DNA of 64,000 bases, from the NCBI GenBank assembly GCA_973895155.1, contig OZ316899.1:11872834-11936833 (forward strand). The letters are read 5' to 3'. The position numbers and the translations under genes are program-made. This stretch comes from Marsupella aquatica. Taxonomy: Eukaryota; Plantae; Marchantiophyta. The notes beneath the pieces are model-generated. The model worked only from the letters and a program-made list of their open reading frames with translations, did not search any database and was not told where the DNA came from. This document shows, piece after piece, positions 1 through 12,749 of the stretch. The stretch's first letter is position 1. The number at the start of each line of letters is the position of its first letter.

Positions 1-3000
1 AGTTTGCAGAATGCTACGACAAATCCATCACAACAGTGCTCCACAGGAATGAAACCAAGCAAAATTTGGTGACCTCGGCCAATGACAAGGCCAATGTAGT
101 GAACAATCCTTGACCGATCAGGATATGGATTGGAATTACAATTAGTCAGCTCTTCTTCTTTGTTTTGTAACTCTGGGGGAAATGAGCATGACCAGGGAAT
201 TCTCTGAGAAATAGAAGTGCACAGGGAAAATGAAATTGGCTCATTCAGCTGCGCAAGACCGACCATTGCAGCATACTTGGACAGTTGTTCCGCAATACAT
301 AAAATACCCTAACTTACATGCAATCGATACAATCTGCTTCTGTTGGCTGTCCTACAGCTCACGGCAGTGCCGTTGGGATAGGGTAAGTGAATATTGCCAT
401 AGCTGAAGCACATTGAGCTTGCAGCAAGAAGTGAAGGAGCATGGCCAAAAGCAGAAAAGACAGACAGGTTTTACAAGAAGAAACTAACAACCGCCAATCT
501 GCTCAAATCCGTTGCATAGATCAAACCCTCCAAACTACACATCCCTCCTTTGAAAACAATCCAATGTGCTTTGGCTGGTGGATGACAAGGACTGGGAGAA
601 GAGGAAACGTCTACACAATCAATCCAAATGATGGGACACAGAGACCAGGCACAAAGAGGATTTGTGCTTAGACAAAAACCACAAATTGTAGCATGGGCGC
701 CATAGCATTCCAGACAAAGCACAAAATCACAGCATTGGGCGGCAATGGGAAGAATTACATCAAATGAGTGGACAGAGAATGAACAGTCCGGTTATAGGCA
801 AACGGCGACTGATGCCCTCATGCAATGTAACACGCATTGACATAGCGGAGGGACATAAAAACTACATAAGCCAACTGACCTTTTAAGGCCCACAATTTCA
901 AGGGGAGGGACAAAGAGAGCAGTAACAGATGCAGAGACAAAGCTGTACTCTGTGCATTGTGCATTGAGTAGGCAAGTGGGTGGGTGAAGATCAACAACCA
1001 ATGTAGCAGCAAAGCCAGAGTAGCAACAAAGAAGAGCAATTGTTGGAGAGCTGTACTCGCGATTACTCCCTATGCAATCGGCTGGAGAATTAGGCAGGCA
1101 GGCGTGGTGTGGTGAGAGCCTTAGACAAAATGTATGGATTAGAATCTGAATCTGAATGCGACTCATCTACGCTTTCCATTGCTGGTCATAGCACGACGAG
1201 CAATCAGGATGATGCCATGTCAAGTAGAAGAATGAGAAAGCATTCCGTAAAAGGCACTAAGATTGGAGGTATAGTAAAAGTGGTAGTACTTCTAGTAGCG
1301 CGACCAACTTGCTATGAGGATGTCCGGAAAAGCACAAAGGCTGAAAGGCGATAGATTCCATGCTCAATGTGACACGTTTTTTCAGCTGATCAAGCCAAGG
1401 TGCAGAGGAAAACTGATTGAAGGTGACATGGGAAAGTTTTCGGTTCAAGTGCAAGAGAAACTCTTGCCTTACAGTGCTTGACGCTCCTTCAACTGGATAG
1501 GGGCACCTCCAGCTACACGGTTTGGTGCAATCGCCGCCTGCTCTGTTACAAAAAATATGGCTGAAAGTGGAAGGCCAATGTTGCACTTGTGAACTCGCTC
1601 CCGCGTCCAGCCCTCAGTCCCCACCTTGTGGTAGCAGCAAGTTGACCTCAAAGTAGAAAGCCAGCAAAGGGTTTAGCAGAAATCCCTAGAAAATCCCGCC
1701 TCTGAAGTCCATTGCTCGTGGTTACAAATGATGGCAACAGAACATTCGGGAACCCAACAGTTGAACTGACCTCAATCACACCTGCACCTGGTTGGCAGCT
1801 CCGCAGACACTAATTGTAGCTCCAGCTGAAGACACCGTTTGAACAGCAAATCAGTCACAGCTCATGAATCCGTTCAGACTAGCATCATGGGTACTACGTC
1901 GGAGCACTGCGCAAGAAGCCGGGAAAAAAACTGCAAACATGGGGACCCACAGGCAAGAAATCTAGACCTCCGACACAATCTGGAAATCCTTTCGCAAACA
2001 ACTGGCCCTCTCCTCAACAACTCGCGATGGTAGTAGCTCGCAATGGTAGCAGCTCGCGATGGTAGCTCCCTTCAACAAGCTTGGTAGTACGATAGGAGCA
2101 ACAACTTACAGAGAAGACAATGACCTCCCCTATGAGACTGATTGAAAGACCTCAATACAATTACTGAAGCAGGGATACAGAACGGGGAGAAGCCTTTCGC
2201 AGTTTGGGACAGCGAGAAGTGTGAACACTTAGGGCAGGGCCCACAGGAAGGTCACTCAGTCCGAATGAGCCACAAGCTTATCGCCCAAAACCACACAAAC
2301 CTGAAGTTGAAATTAGCACTATGAGGTAGCAAGCTACAAAATAGCATTTCCCACATTCTTAATGCATGGCATCGGAGCTCATTCCGCCTAGAAAACCAAA
2401 GCCACTACCAAAACTAACCTGCAAATGGAAGTTTGGACTAACCAAGGTGATTCAAGGCAGTTCAATGTCACTATGGCAGGTGCATTGCTGCTCGTAGCTG
2501 CAATGTACCTTAGCGCTCCCGGTCCCTCCACGGCTGCAACATCCCAAGACCGGTCGGTCCCAACTAGTCAGTCTTCTGTGAATCTTGGTGCGCCCACGTT
2601 GTCTCAATCCAAAGCTGTCAGCTCTCAGGCAGGAGACAAATCTCCGCTTGCCTTCGTGCCAAAAGCTGTCACTGGCCTCATGAGCCTCTCTGCAATGTCC
2701 GCAACGCCTCAATGTCTGCAACGCCTCAATGTCCTTACCATCAAGCGCTTCTCAGGGATGCCTCAATGTCCTTACCACCTCACGACTGTCAAGGTCCCAA
2801 ACCAGCGCAAACCACTTGCTGAACTCCTTTGTCCAAACAATTGTAAGGGGCAGGTAGAACTGTCAAAAGCGCTCGCAGGAGTGGACGGCAACAATTGACT
2901 ACAATCGCCTCCCAGCTTCCCTCGCAAAATGTTAACCCTAAACCTTGCTCGTACGCTCCACTCACAGAAGCAAAGCACAACGTTCTGTCGCACAATGGGG

Positions 3001-3987
3001 CCCGAACACATGGGCGCAGGTACTCAATAGTTCCCTTCACAAAAACCCAATAATCACCTGATGACCAAAGCACACTCACCCTAACCCAAGACTTAGTGCA
3101 AGCAGTCATGTAAGCTCGTTTCCGTTGAGGTGACCCGTTGAGCATAATAAGTACGTTTGCGCCAGAGTGTTAGGCAACACACAAAACTAAAGTTAGAGGG
3201 TTAAGGATAACTTTAAATAAATCCCTTTGGTGACAAAGTCATGGCCACTTAATTAGTTGTGGGCCCCACCCTAACCCTCCCCCCCCCCCCCCCCCCCCCT
3301 TGTGGAATTAATCTTGGATCAAAAGGCACCATCATTTAGACTCAAATCAATCACGGGCTAGACTGTTCATTGTGCCAATTAGTGCCCATGACCTTGTTAA
3401 AACGACACTAGTTGGCAATGCGGAATAATCATGGTGTGGGAGTTGTACCTAGCTAGGGTTATAGTGATGCATTAGTTCCGGTTCCCGGTTAGAAACCACC
3501 CTAAGCCCTCCAGTACAGTTGTACCCTAAGTTATGAAAAGTACCCGTTACATGGATATTAGTTAAGGTTGGTCATATATACAAGGCATGTCCTTAAGCAC
3601 TTAGGCCCAAAAGTAGGATGTCGCCCGGTCCTTCTTAAGTATACTCTTATCATGAACCCTTGTAAGACTTTGTATTATACTAGTCTTTGTGTGGACCTTT
3701 AGAGTGATTCCAAGGACAAAACCCATGATGTCCTAGAGTGTTCACCCTTCACAAAGTAGCAAGGTTACTTTTCATAGTCTTTAACTAAACCGGAAAACAC
3801 TCAAAGTCTTTTATAGTCTTTAACAAAACCTTGGCAATGGGTGCGAGTCATTTAAAGTATGGAAGAAGGACTTAGTGGGCTTAGTCCTATAAGGTATGGT
3901 CTAAATTACCCCGGTTTCTACTAGTGGATTTTCATAGACTCTCAGCCTCCCCCATGTATTGGAGATGAGTTTTCTCAATCCCCACCA
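1..3987 (-). mobile_element. 5' part of a degenerate LTR retrotransposon (probable Gypsy; LTR ~3168-3987)
   Basis: On the minus strand a TG...CA segment (TGGTGGGG at 3987 to GCCTAACA at 3168) is followed by a PBS-like TGGCGCAAAC (3155-3164). It truncates the CACTA ORF at 3988. No recognisable gag/pol in 1-3150; second LTR not in window. Confidence 0.4.
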
Positions 3988-3990
3988 CTG

Positions 3991-4356
3991 ATGAACATGG
4001 GAAAGATGAGGACCAGAAACAGTGGGAAGGAGACTTTGCCTTACAAGGCACCAAAGAAGAAGAGGAATAACACTTCTCCAAAAGGGACAGCAGTGAGCAT
4101 TGTAGCACAGTCTTCTAGGCTAATGGCAACTGATAATTCTGGTGTTTGTGCTGGGCAAGGCATACTTCAAATTGAAGCAAGTACTTTCCATGGAAAGAAG
4201 GTACTTGCTGATCATGTTGTGCTGTTGTTGACTGCTATCAGTAAGCCCAAATATCTTCTACCCTTTCCAAACAAGGGAGATGATCCGCCACACATCCATC
4301 TTGTGGATGTTGTGGAATCATTTGTGATGTGGCCTGAGAAATTTGTAGAGTGTTAG
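3991..4356 (+). pseudogene. C-terminal fragment of CACTA accessory protein (Tnp1/En/Spm-like, DUF8039-type domain)
   Basis: Pattern VCAGQGILQ...FHGKKV...LPFPN..DD...VVESFVMWP resembles the C-terminal domain of CACTA accessory proteins; 5' part cut by the LTR at 3987. Confidence 0.55.
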
Positions 4357-4396
4357 GTACCAAGTACAATTTGAGACTCAAAATGTGAAGGATTGT

Positions 4397-4608
4397 TCAT
4401 GCCATTGTTAGTTGGACTGGTGCATTTGTGACATTAATGACTCAGTCTCGACTATTCATATATTGTTTCAATATATGACCACAATTTGGAGTACATGATG
4501 TTGGGTAATACTCTGTTTTTTGATGGATTGTTCATATTTTGAGTTATTATCATGCCATTGTTAGTTGGACTGGTGCATTTGTGACATTAATGACTCAGTC
4601 TCGACTAT
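4397..4608 (+). repeat. ~59-bp direct repeat, two copies (4397-4455, 4550-4608)
   Basis: TCATGCCATTGTTAGTTGGACTGGTGCATTTGTGACATTAATGACTCAGTCTCGACTAT occurs twice. Confidence 0.9.
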
Positions 4609-4923
4609 GAATGACATCATTGTCTACGGAAACTAGTGCGGTCAATTGAGTGTTATCAATCACTCACGGAAAACCCCATATGACTCGAACTAAGTCATTC
4701 TAAACACTTATGTTTGACTGATGTATGGTTCCAAATACTTGATCCTCTAGTCACTAAAATGACTAATGACACTAGTCAATAATATGACTAAGTCAATCCA
4801 AGTCACCACTTTTACGACTACTAGTTGCAAGAACGACGTCAGTGATTTTCAGTCATACATGACCGGTTTTAGTCATAGTCAATCGTATTTTATGGTAAAA
4901 AATAGGGGGTATTTCTACTAGTG

Positions 4924-5024
4924 TGCCAATAAGCCGCGGAACCGGCCTTGCCAAGAGCGAAACCTAAAGGAATCGGCTTGTGCAGGGGGTTTCTTGGGTT
5001 TAGGGAGCCATGGGACGCACCACA
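4924..5024 (+). mobile_element. 3'-terminal fragment of an LTR related to the 55813-60527 element
   Basis: AAGCCGC..AACCGGCC...GGGAGCCATGGGACGCACCACA is nearly identical to 60433-60527. Cut on the left by the CACTA end and inserted into the Sola-like transposase. Confidence 0.85.
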
Positions 5025-6521
5025 AATATCTACTCTTGGTTGAAAGCCTTTACGTGACCTGTTCTTCACATGTCCAACATAGTCCTCTCTTGCATCCAGT
5101 TCACATGCAACATTCCAAAAAGTGATAGGCACATTGTCTCTCCAATTTGTTTGCGGCCAAAATCCACCTTTCAAGTTTTCTCCATCTTCTGGCCTATATT
5201 GTACAACTTCTATTTCCAATGTCGCTAAGACAACCTTCCAATATTGGATGAGATTGTCCCAAGATTCTCTTGATTCCTCCGTCTTTCTTCTATCCACTAT
5301 CAAGTGGAAGAACTTCAAATGTTTCTGTATCCCTACTCGAACATCAGCCAACATGCTTATTTTGGTCATAGGAAGTCTTTTTGGTATCCCATATGGAAGG
5401 TTTGGGCATCTATCAGCTTTCCAAGATCACATTTCAATACCTTCCTTGGGCCCCCATGGGACATCATCATTGGACTTTAGCTTATACTGAAAGCATGGCA
5501 TCCCGTCCTCTTGAACATAGAATCTAAATAGGCGGGGTTTTCCATGCCCCACCAATGAGTCTGATCCTCTTAGTAGAAAAGGCTCTACGTATCCTTTGAA
5601 GTCCGGTACTTCTTGTACAAAATGCGGAACCGGACTAGGCATTCTTGCTTTCATGAACAAGCTCATCAAATTAGGTAATGTCCATGTCGGATTGTGCATA
5701 AGAGATTTGAAGAAGTTCCCAAACATGGCATCCACATCCTCATGAGTATGCCCAACCATAAGGAATCCAAGTTGTACCTCCTCAAAGACCTTCCTTGTTG
5801 TTAACAATGATAAGTAAGCCATAACAAATCTGTTCTTATTGTCACTTGGTGCGTTATCAAGTTGCAATTTTAGTGTCTGTGGGAAGGGCCTGAAACAATG
5901 ACTTGGTGGTGAAGACGTTGACTTAGCTGCATCATTAAAAAGCCTAATGTGTTAGAAAAATCAGAGTGACTGTAGTTAAAGTAACCTAGTTTTACTCTAT
6001 CAATTCACTAAAAACAATCCTCTCTTAAAGTTCAAAATGATAGTACCTTGCTCCGCAATGAAACTGCAGTCTTCATTAAATGCTTTCCGGACATCTTCCT
6101 CAAGAACATCTGTTCTCCCCCATAGAAGATTGTTGAATATGTTTGTGGAATCCGGACCCTCTAGAAGAGAATTGATCATTGGTTCTGGATTCTCTAACAT
6201 TCATAGAATTGAATCAATTGACCCAATGCTTGCATTTGAATCCGAAGCCCAACAAGCCACATTATATTGAGCCACAGCTTTGGGGCCATGCCTATCAGTT
6301 AAAATACCTGTTACAATTATTGGTAGTCGGATCGAGCCATCACAATCTTTTGGATTCCAGGGCATTTTTGGCAGAGCAGTCTTACAATGGTCCATCTTGT
6401 CAAGGATTATACAAACTCCTTGGGATGTGCAACTGAGTGCGACCTCCATGCATGATATAAGAGTCTCCCTTGTGTGTGATCTTCATAATGCTCCTCTTCA
6501 TCTCATCTAAAAATCTCCAAC

Positions 6522-6681
6522 TGTTCTACTCGATATCTTCACCAACAATCCAATGTCATTTCTATTAGGAATGAGTATATATGAGTTACATATGAGGGCA
6601 GTTGGATAACTGCCTAACTTCTAAGGGTTACTTAGACTGTAAAGTAAAGTCCACTTGGAGTGTAATCTAGGTGTTATAACA
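6522..6681 (-). repeat. 3' LTR of Bianca-like element 1 (160 bp)
   Basis: TG...CA, adjacent to PPT; first ~89 bp identical to 11395-11483. Confidence 0.9.
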
Positions 6682-7089
6682 CTCCCCCTTGGGTCTTTTA
6701 TTGGTGTATAAAAGAGCCACTATATATGGATTGTAACTAAGTGTTGAATTTGATCAGTATGGTCTCCTTAAAACCTTCTTGCTTTCTTCTGAAGGAAAGA
6801 GTGCCACTACTTTACATGTCATAGGGTCATTCTATAGTAATTGTAAAGTTGGTAAGTAATTGTTCTGTGTGAGGATTATCGAGTAGTGTTTAGCGTAACA
6901 ATATTGCATCACTATCAAATAGCATCGAGTGTATTACGAGTTAGGATTGGAATGTTTTGTGTTAGAAAACATCAGACTAATTGGCTGTTCGTAAAAGTGC
7001 AGAAAGTCTGCACATCCCGATTTTGAATGCATGTTCTTGATGAAGAGTAGTAGGGAGTGGTTTGGTGAAAAGGTCTGCTCGGTTTTCTT

Positions 7090-10000
7090 TGCTTGGAATG
7101 CATCAAACTTGGATCTTATCGCCGTGCTGTTCGTGAGTATAGAAAAACTTTGGCGCGATGTGTTTTATTCAATCACCTTTGATGAAGCCCCGTGTCACTT
7201 GATCGACACAAGGTCGATTATCTTCGTAGATTATAGTCGGTGTGTCTAAAAGTGGTCTCCTTGTATTCTTGTTTATATGATCGATCACTTGTCTGAGCCA
7301 TATACATTTGCAACTGGCCTCGTATAGCGCTATGATCTCTGCGTGATTAGAGGAGGTGGTTGTAAGTGTTTGTTTGGAGATTTGCCAGGATATGGCGGTA
7401 TTTCCTTGGAGGAAGACGTAGCCCGTTTGCGATTTGGCATCATTGGGATCAGAGAGGTAGCCAGCATTTGCAAACCCGGTCAGTTTGCTGTTAGCATTGT
7501 TGGAAAAGAATAATCCCAAGTCGGCAGTTCCCTGTAAGTATCAAAAAACTTGTTTTATGTCATTCCAATGTCTTTTTGTTGGCTGTGAACTGTGCCGCGC
7601 CAGTAGATTTACAACAAATGAGATGTCGGGGCGTGTTTGATTTGCGAGGTACATGAGGGCCCCGATTGCTGAAAGGTATGGTCTTTCTGGTCCCAGTGTT
7701 GGCTCTGCTTCTGTTCTCTTCTTGAAAGTATCCTTATTAGGATCGAGCTACCTCAGCTCCATTGGAGTACTCATTGGATGAGTAGAGTCCATGTTGAATT
7801 GCTTGAGTATCTTCTTCGTATACATTGCTTGGTTGATAAGAATGCCACCCTGCACATAATCAAACTGAAGTCCAAGACAGTATTTGGGCTCTCCAAGATC
7901 CTGCATTTGAAAGATATGTTTCAGTGTTTCTATCGTTTCTTTAACTATAGTAGGAGTACCAAAGATGTTGACGTCGTCTACATATATAGCGACAATTATA
8001 TATTCAGCTCCGGTTTGTTTCAGGAAAAGACAAGGAGCTATGTCATCGTTAACAAAGTTCAGTGCTAACATTTATGCTTTAAATCGTTTATACCATGTGC
8101 GGCCGCTCTGCTTAAGGCCATACATAGAGCGTAATACTTGTACTGCATATGCCTTGCTTACTGTCTATGTAGCAGATAGTCTGTTGTAATTCTTTTTAGG
8201 TCTGCAATTTGTTGGTAATGTATGTTGCACAGTTTCTTTATGAAGAACTGAAGGTTCTTTTGTATGCATTCGATGGTACTCTGTAGAAGTCTTTGTTATT
8301 GTTGTCCCAAGGTGTAGACCAGGGGATGTGCAAATCGCTTGCTCCCCTTGAGTATGAAATTTCATTCTCGTGATCAACTCAGGTCACTTTCATATAAATG
8401 GTGGTGTCTAGTATTCCATAAAGGTAAGCAGTAACCACATCTAAGATGTGAAGCATCAATTTATGATTGAGTGCAAATGCTATCATGTATCGATTACAGG
8501 GGAGCAGCTAAGATCAAAGTCTTTGCCTGGTATTTGGGTGTAGCCCTTTGCCACCAGACGGACTTCATATCTAATTACCTCTCCCTGCGCATTTATTTTC
8601 TTTGTGAATATAAACTTATATCCAGTAAGTGGTGTATGTAGTGGCGCAGGTATGACAGGGCCAAATACCTCTCTCTGGATTAAAGAGTCCAATTCAGAAT
8701 TGATGGCTATTTCCCATTTAGGCCAATCGTCTCTTGATTGCGCTTCTTGTATAGTAATAGGATCCGGTATGTCTTCAGTAATATCTTTTGATATTGTATA
8801 TGCAAATATGTCATCTATCGTAGTGATGTTTCTTTGCCATATTTTTCCAGTGTGCATATAATTTATAGAGATTTCCTGATTGTCATCTTGTTGTATAAGA
8901 GATTGGACAAATGGTACCGGTCTTGATGCAATTGTTGGGGTAGCTGTGGGCCTTCTCTGTTGAGGTTGGCTATCTCGAGATCCGATGGGGCGGCCACATT
9001 TGGCCCTTGGTGCTGCTTCAGTCGATATCTGACTTGGTGCTTGTATTCTTGCTAGTACATTTGTGGCCTCTATATGTGAGGGAGTCACATCTGCTGCATC
9101 ATTGAAAGCGTCCGGTAGTTTTTTGAGCATTTGATGTAAGTGAATGATGCATCTGACTTCCTCGTCAGCTTGTCTAGTACGTGGGTCATTTCCTGTTGGA
9201 ATGGTATTCTGCCATTGTAATGTTCGTATGGTATCGTCTGTGATCTGTGCTGTAGTCAATCTAGGGAATTCATCTTCAAAGAAATCACAGTCAAGAAATC
9301 TAGCCTTAAATAAATCCGTTGTGGATGGTTCTAGGAAACGTATTATTGAAGGTGAGTCAAAGCCAACATATATTCCTCTTTGTCTTTGGGGGCCCATTTT
9401 GGTGCATTTTGGGCCCAGGATTGGTACTAAGACCAGGCAACCAAATGTGCAAAGGTGAGAAATGTTTGGTGGTAGCCCATATGCCAGGTAGTAAGGGTTT
9501 TATAATCAGTTTGCCCTGTGAACATGCAAGGCAGTGTTGTTGTCTCAATGATGAAGGATGTACTCCTTGTGGGATCCCTACCGTGTCTCGAATAATTTTA
9601 TGGTACATCGTTGTTCCTGGATGGCCTAGGCAATTGTGCCATCTTGCTGTGATATTTGGGATGGTAATTTCTATATGTAATGCTTGTATTGTAGTTATGT
9701 ATAGACCTGGAGGGTGTATTTTTAACGTTTCGTGGATTTGCATCCCGCTAGGAGTTTTTTCTATGATATGGAGGACTTTGCCTTGTTTTGTTTGACTGGT
9801 ATTGATGTGCAAATTATTGGCTCTTATACTTGAAACTGATTAAGTTTCTGGTGGCTTTGGGTGCATATATGGATGAGGCAATTCTGATGAGTGTCCCTTG
9901 AGGGAATTGAACTGTTGCAGGTCCATTTCCTTCCTCAATATGATTTGGGCATGTAATTGTGGTTATTGCTCTATTGGACTTGGCAATCTGGTCAAAGAAT

Positions 10001-11112
10001 TTACGGGATACAAGGATTGAGTGGGATGTCCCACTGTCTACTATGCAGTTGGAGGGGTTGGAAGAATGTTTTGACTGTATATCGAGGTGGGCAAGCTGTG
10101 TTTCAGGGGTATCCATATTGATTCTATATGTTTCTATGCTTTCTGGGATCTCCATGAAATTTCCTTGTGGGTCCTGGTTTTGTCTGTTTATGCTCTCTTT
10201 ATAAAGTTTTACTAAATGTGCTGGGGCTCTGCAAACTTTCTGTAAATGTCCTTTTGTGCTGCAGCAAAAACAAGGGGGTGGAGAGAACTTATCTCTGGTG
10301 TATGTTTGGTAGCCTCTGCCTTGGTTCCATCTTCGACCTCCTTGTCTATTCCAATTGTTTCCTTGGTAATTATCTTGGAAGTCCATTCAACCTCTTCCTC
10401 TGCCACTTGATCCTTGGTATTGTCCTCCACCTAGTGGGCGACCCCTGCGCCCCCTGAAGTTTCCACAACCGCGGCCTCTTGTTCTATAGGTAGATTCCAC
10501 CAGGTGAGTTTTTGGTTTAGGCGGGGGAACTGCGCTCCCTGATGGTAGTGTTTTAGCATTATGTAGCAGTAGAAGTTGGTGCTTCTCTGCAAGCAGCATA
10601 TGGGAGATCAGTTGTAAGTATCTGGTGAAATTCATATTGCGATATTGGGAGGCGAGAACCATGTTAGTTACATGAAAAGTGGATAAAGTCTTCTCAATTT
10701 ATTCTTGGTCATCGACAGGGTTACCACAAACAGCTAATTGCGAAGTAATGCAAAACAATTTGCTATTGTAACTCGCAATTGTACTATGGTCTTGTACGCA
10801 AAGATTTATCCAGTCGTGGCGAGCCATGGGGAGAGAGATTGCGCGCATGTGGTCAAATCTCAATTGTAGTTCGTCCCATAGAACTCTAGGATTATAATGA
10901 TTCAGATACTGTATCTTGATAGGTTCGGCAAGATGATGCCTGATAAGTATTAAGGCCTGAGCCTTCTGTTGTAACGCTGTTCTTGCATCGGCCAAGATTG
11001 TGTCCTGTAGATTTTTGGAGGCTAGATGTGCTTCCACATCTAACGACCAAGATAAATAATTTGCTCCATCTATTGCTAGTGCTTGGAAGTGCAATTTCTC
11101 CATAGAATTCAT
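7090..11112 (-). pseudogene. Bianca-like gag-pol (gag, CCHC, protease, partial integrase, RT, RNase H)
   Basis: CIVDSGTSH protease, WHNCLGHP integrase N-terminus, IYVDD RT, KSQTGYVF/IYEDN RNase H; many stops and frameshifts. Confidence 0.9.
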
Positions 11113-11394
11113 GGCTAAATCCCTGTGTATACTGGGCCGATGTGTATGATTTGATAACCTTCAGTATCAAGAAGAAAATGTAATGAAATCAATCGCCTTC
11201 TGTTCTTTGCATCAAGCTCGTTGGTTAATCAATATGGTTGTGACTGAAATCTCCCCCTGAATTATCATCACTTTACCTCATACATTCTTCCGATTGGCCC
11301 CAAAGATATATATTTTGTGCAAAAAAAATGCAATTGCTCTCCACATTCTTCTTAAAAAAAATATTATGTCTACAACCAGCTCGTGCTGATAACG

Positions 11395-11484
11395 TGTTCT
11401 ACTCGATATCTTCACCAACAATCCAATGTCATTTCTATTAGGAATGAGTATATATGAGTTACATATGAGGGCAGTTGGATAACA
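11395..11484 (-). repeat. 5' LTR of Bianca-like element 1 (90 bp, internally deleted)
   Basis: Matches 6522-6610, then ends in ATAACA followed by the TSD. Confidence 0.9.
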
Positions 11485-12197
11485 CCAACTCCTCTTTTCC
11501 ACCAGAAAGGCGAGCCCTCCTTTGCTGCAACTCACTACATGTATTACATTTTGAAAAGTTATTTCCCTTCTTGTGAATCAGAACTTCTTTGCAACTCCCG
11601 TAGACCAACCCTCAATTTATTAGCCAAAGTTCTTTGTTTGGCGGGATGATTATTTGCACTCTCATCGATAATCATTTTCATTGACATCAATGATTGAGAA
11701 ACTCTCTCCGACATCCTTGTCTTCCCAAGGTTGCCATGTTGTGATATCTTTAGGCCTTCCCGAACCTATTTCTTCATAATATCAAATTGGGTTTTTTTAG
11801 TGCAGCACCTTCCATGCCTTGAGTCAAATTGGGACTCCTTCAACACCTAACAACCTCTCCCCTTCTGATGTGTCGAGTGCATTCTGAATAGTCAAAACTT
11901 CTTCCTCTTTCCTTTGTTGAAAGGACTTACTGAAGTATTTCTCCCTGATTTGTAGCGCCAATTCACGATCAAAGTATTGACAACAATTCCGTCGACAACA
12001 ATTCTTCGTACTGATCAATAAGATATCTTCCGGTGACAGGGCTCTTTCCTTTCTTGAGAGATCCCTCCGGGGTTTCTTTCGAGATCTCATTTTATGAACG
12101 TACATGACCGCTTACCGCTGGAAATTTGTACTTGTTCTAATCCTTGATTCTGAAGGTGATAACTACTACCTCCGGGTGCAATTAACCTTGTGATTGG

Positions 12198-12749
12198 CTA
12201 GGCAACAAGGCAATCCTTATATTTCAAATGCTCTCTTCTAGCACCATCAAAAAATTCTGTAATGAGTATACCAACATGTGTCGTCCCAAGTTGTATCCCT
12301 TGCAACGTGACATCCGGGTTGGTCGTACTCACCATTGCAAGTGAGAAATTCACATTATCCTCATCCATGACTTTTACAATCATTTCTCTCCAATCTCCCT
12401 TCTTGATGATAATTTTCTTATGTTGAGAACGATTTTGATCAACGTTCTCTGCCTCCTCACTCTGGCTGCAATGTTCCATCATGTTCGGAATGAGAAACTA
12501 CTCTGAGGCTAGGGGAAGAAGATCAAACCTCCCCCACGGCCTGATGGACCCCTCTTCAAAAATTCCAGGACACCCTTCAACAAGTCCCACAATTGTCTCG
12601 ACCTGTACCAACACGCGGGCAGAACCCATATCCCCATCGTGTACCTTAAACGTAGGATCAATATTTAGAACAACTCCCTTGGCAACCAAAATAGGTCCAT
12701 CACATAACCCAACTTTTGTCCCCACTAGAATCCAATTCTTAGACGTCAC
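12198..12749 (-). pseudogene. Two tandem transposon-associated (DUF8039-like) domains upstream of the Sola-like transposase
   Basis: VAKGVVLNIDP..KVHDGDMG...VLVQV and AMVSTTNP..LQGIQLG..HVGILI share one pattern. Confidence 0.4.

Larger units (their letters stand above)
3988..4923 (+). mobile_element. 3' end of a CACTA (En/Spm) DNA transposon
   Basis: Ends in GGGGTATTTCTACTAGTG (reverse complement CACTAGTAGAAATACCCC) at 4923, preceded by many TGACT/AGTCA subterminal repeats (4600-4880) and an accessory-protein ORF tail. Confidence 0.75.
6522..11484 (-). mobile_element. Ty1/Copia, Bianca-like, element 1 (integrase-deleted)
   Basis: TSD CCAAC (6517-6521, 11485-11489); LTRs 6522-6681 and 11395-11484; PBS CGTTATCAGCAC on minus strand (11383-11394); PPT AAGGGGGAG on minus strand (6682-6690); Bianca-type gag KLHFQALAIDGANYLSW. 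Confidence 0.95.
5025..12105 (-). pseudogene. Sola-like DDE transposase (DUF7869-type), split by the Copia at 6522-11484
   Basis: Motifs CIILDKMDH (6201-6449 ORF), LQLDNAPSDNKN...FLMVGHTHEDVDAMFG (5427-5867) and N-terminal CCRRNCCQYF..IREKYF (11824-12105); several stops and frameshifts. Confidence 0.7.

Noticed and set aside
2021-2775. Short tandem repeats (16-bp x3 at ~2021-2067; CCTCAATGTC units at ~2692-2772)
   Set aside because: Ordinary slippage-type repeats with no functional evidence.
441-3145. Many short ORFs on both strands
   Set aside because: No recognisable domain; they lie in the decayed interior of a probable LTR element.
3911-3926. CACTA-like terminus CCGGTTTCTACTAGTG
   Set aside because: No partner TIR or subterminal array; sits inside the putative LTR and may be chance.
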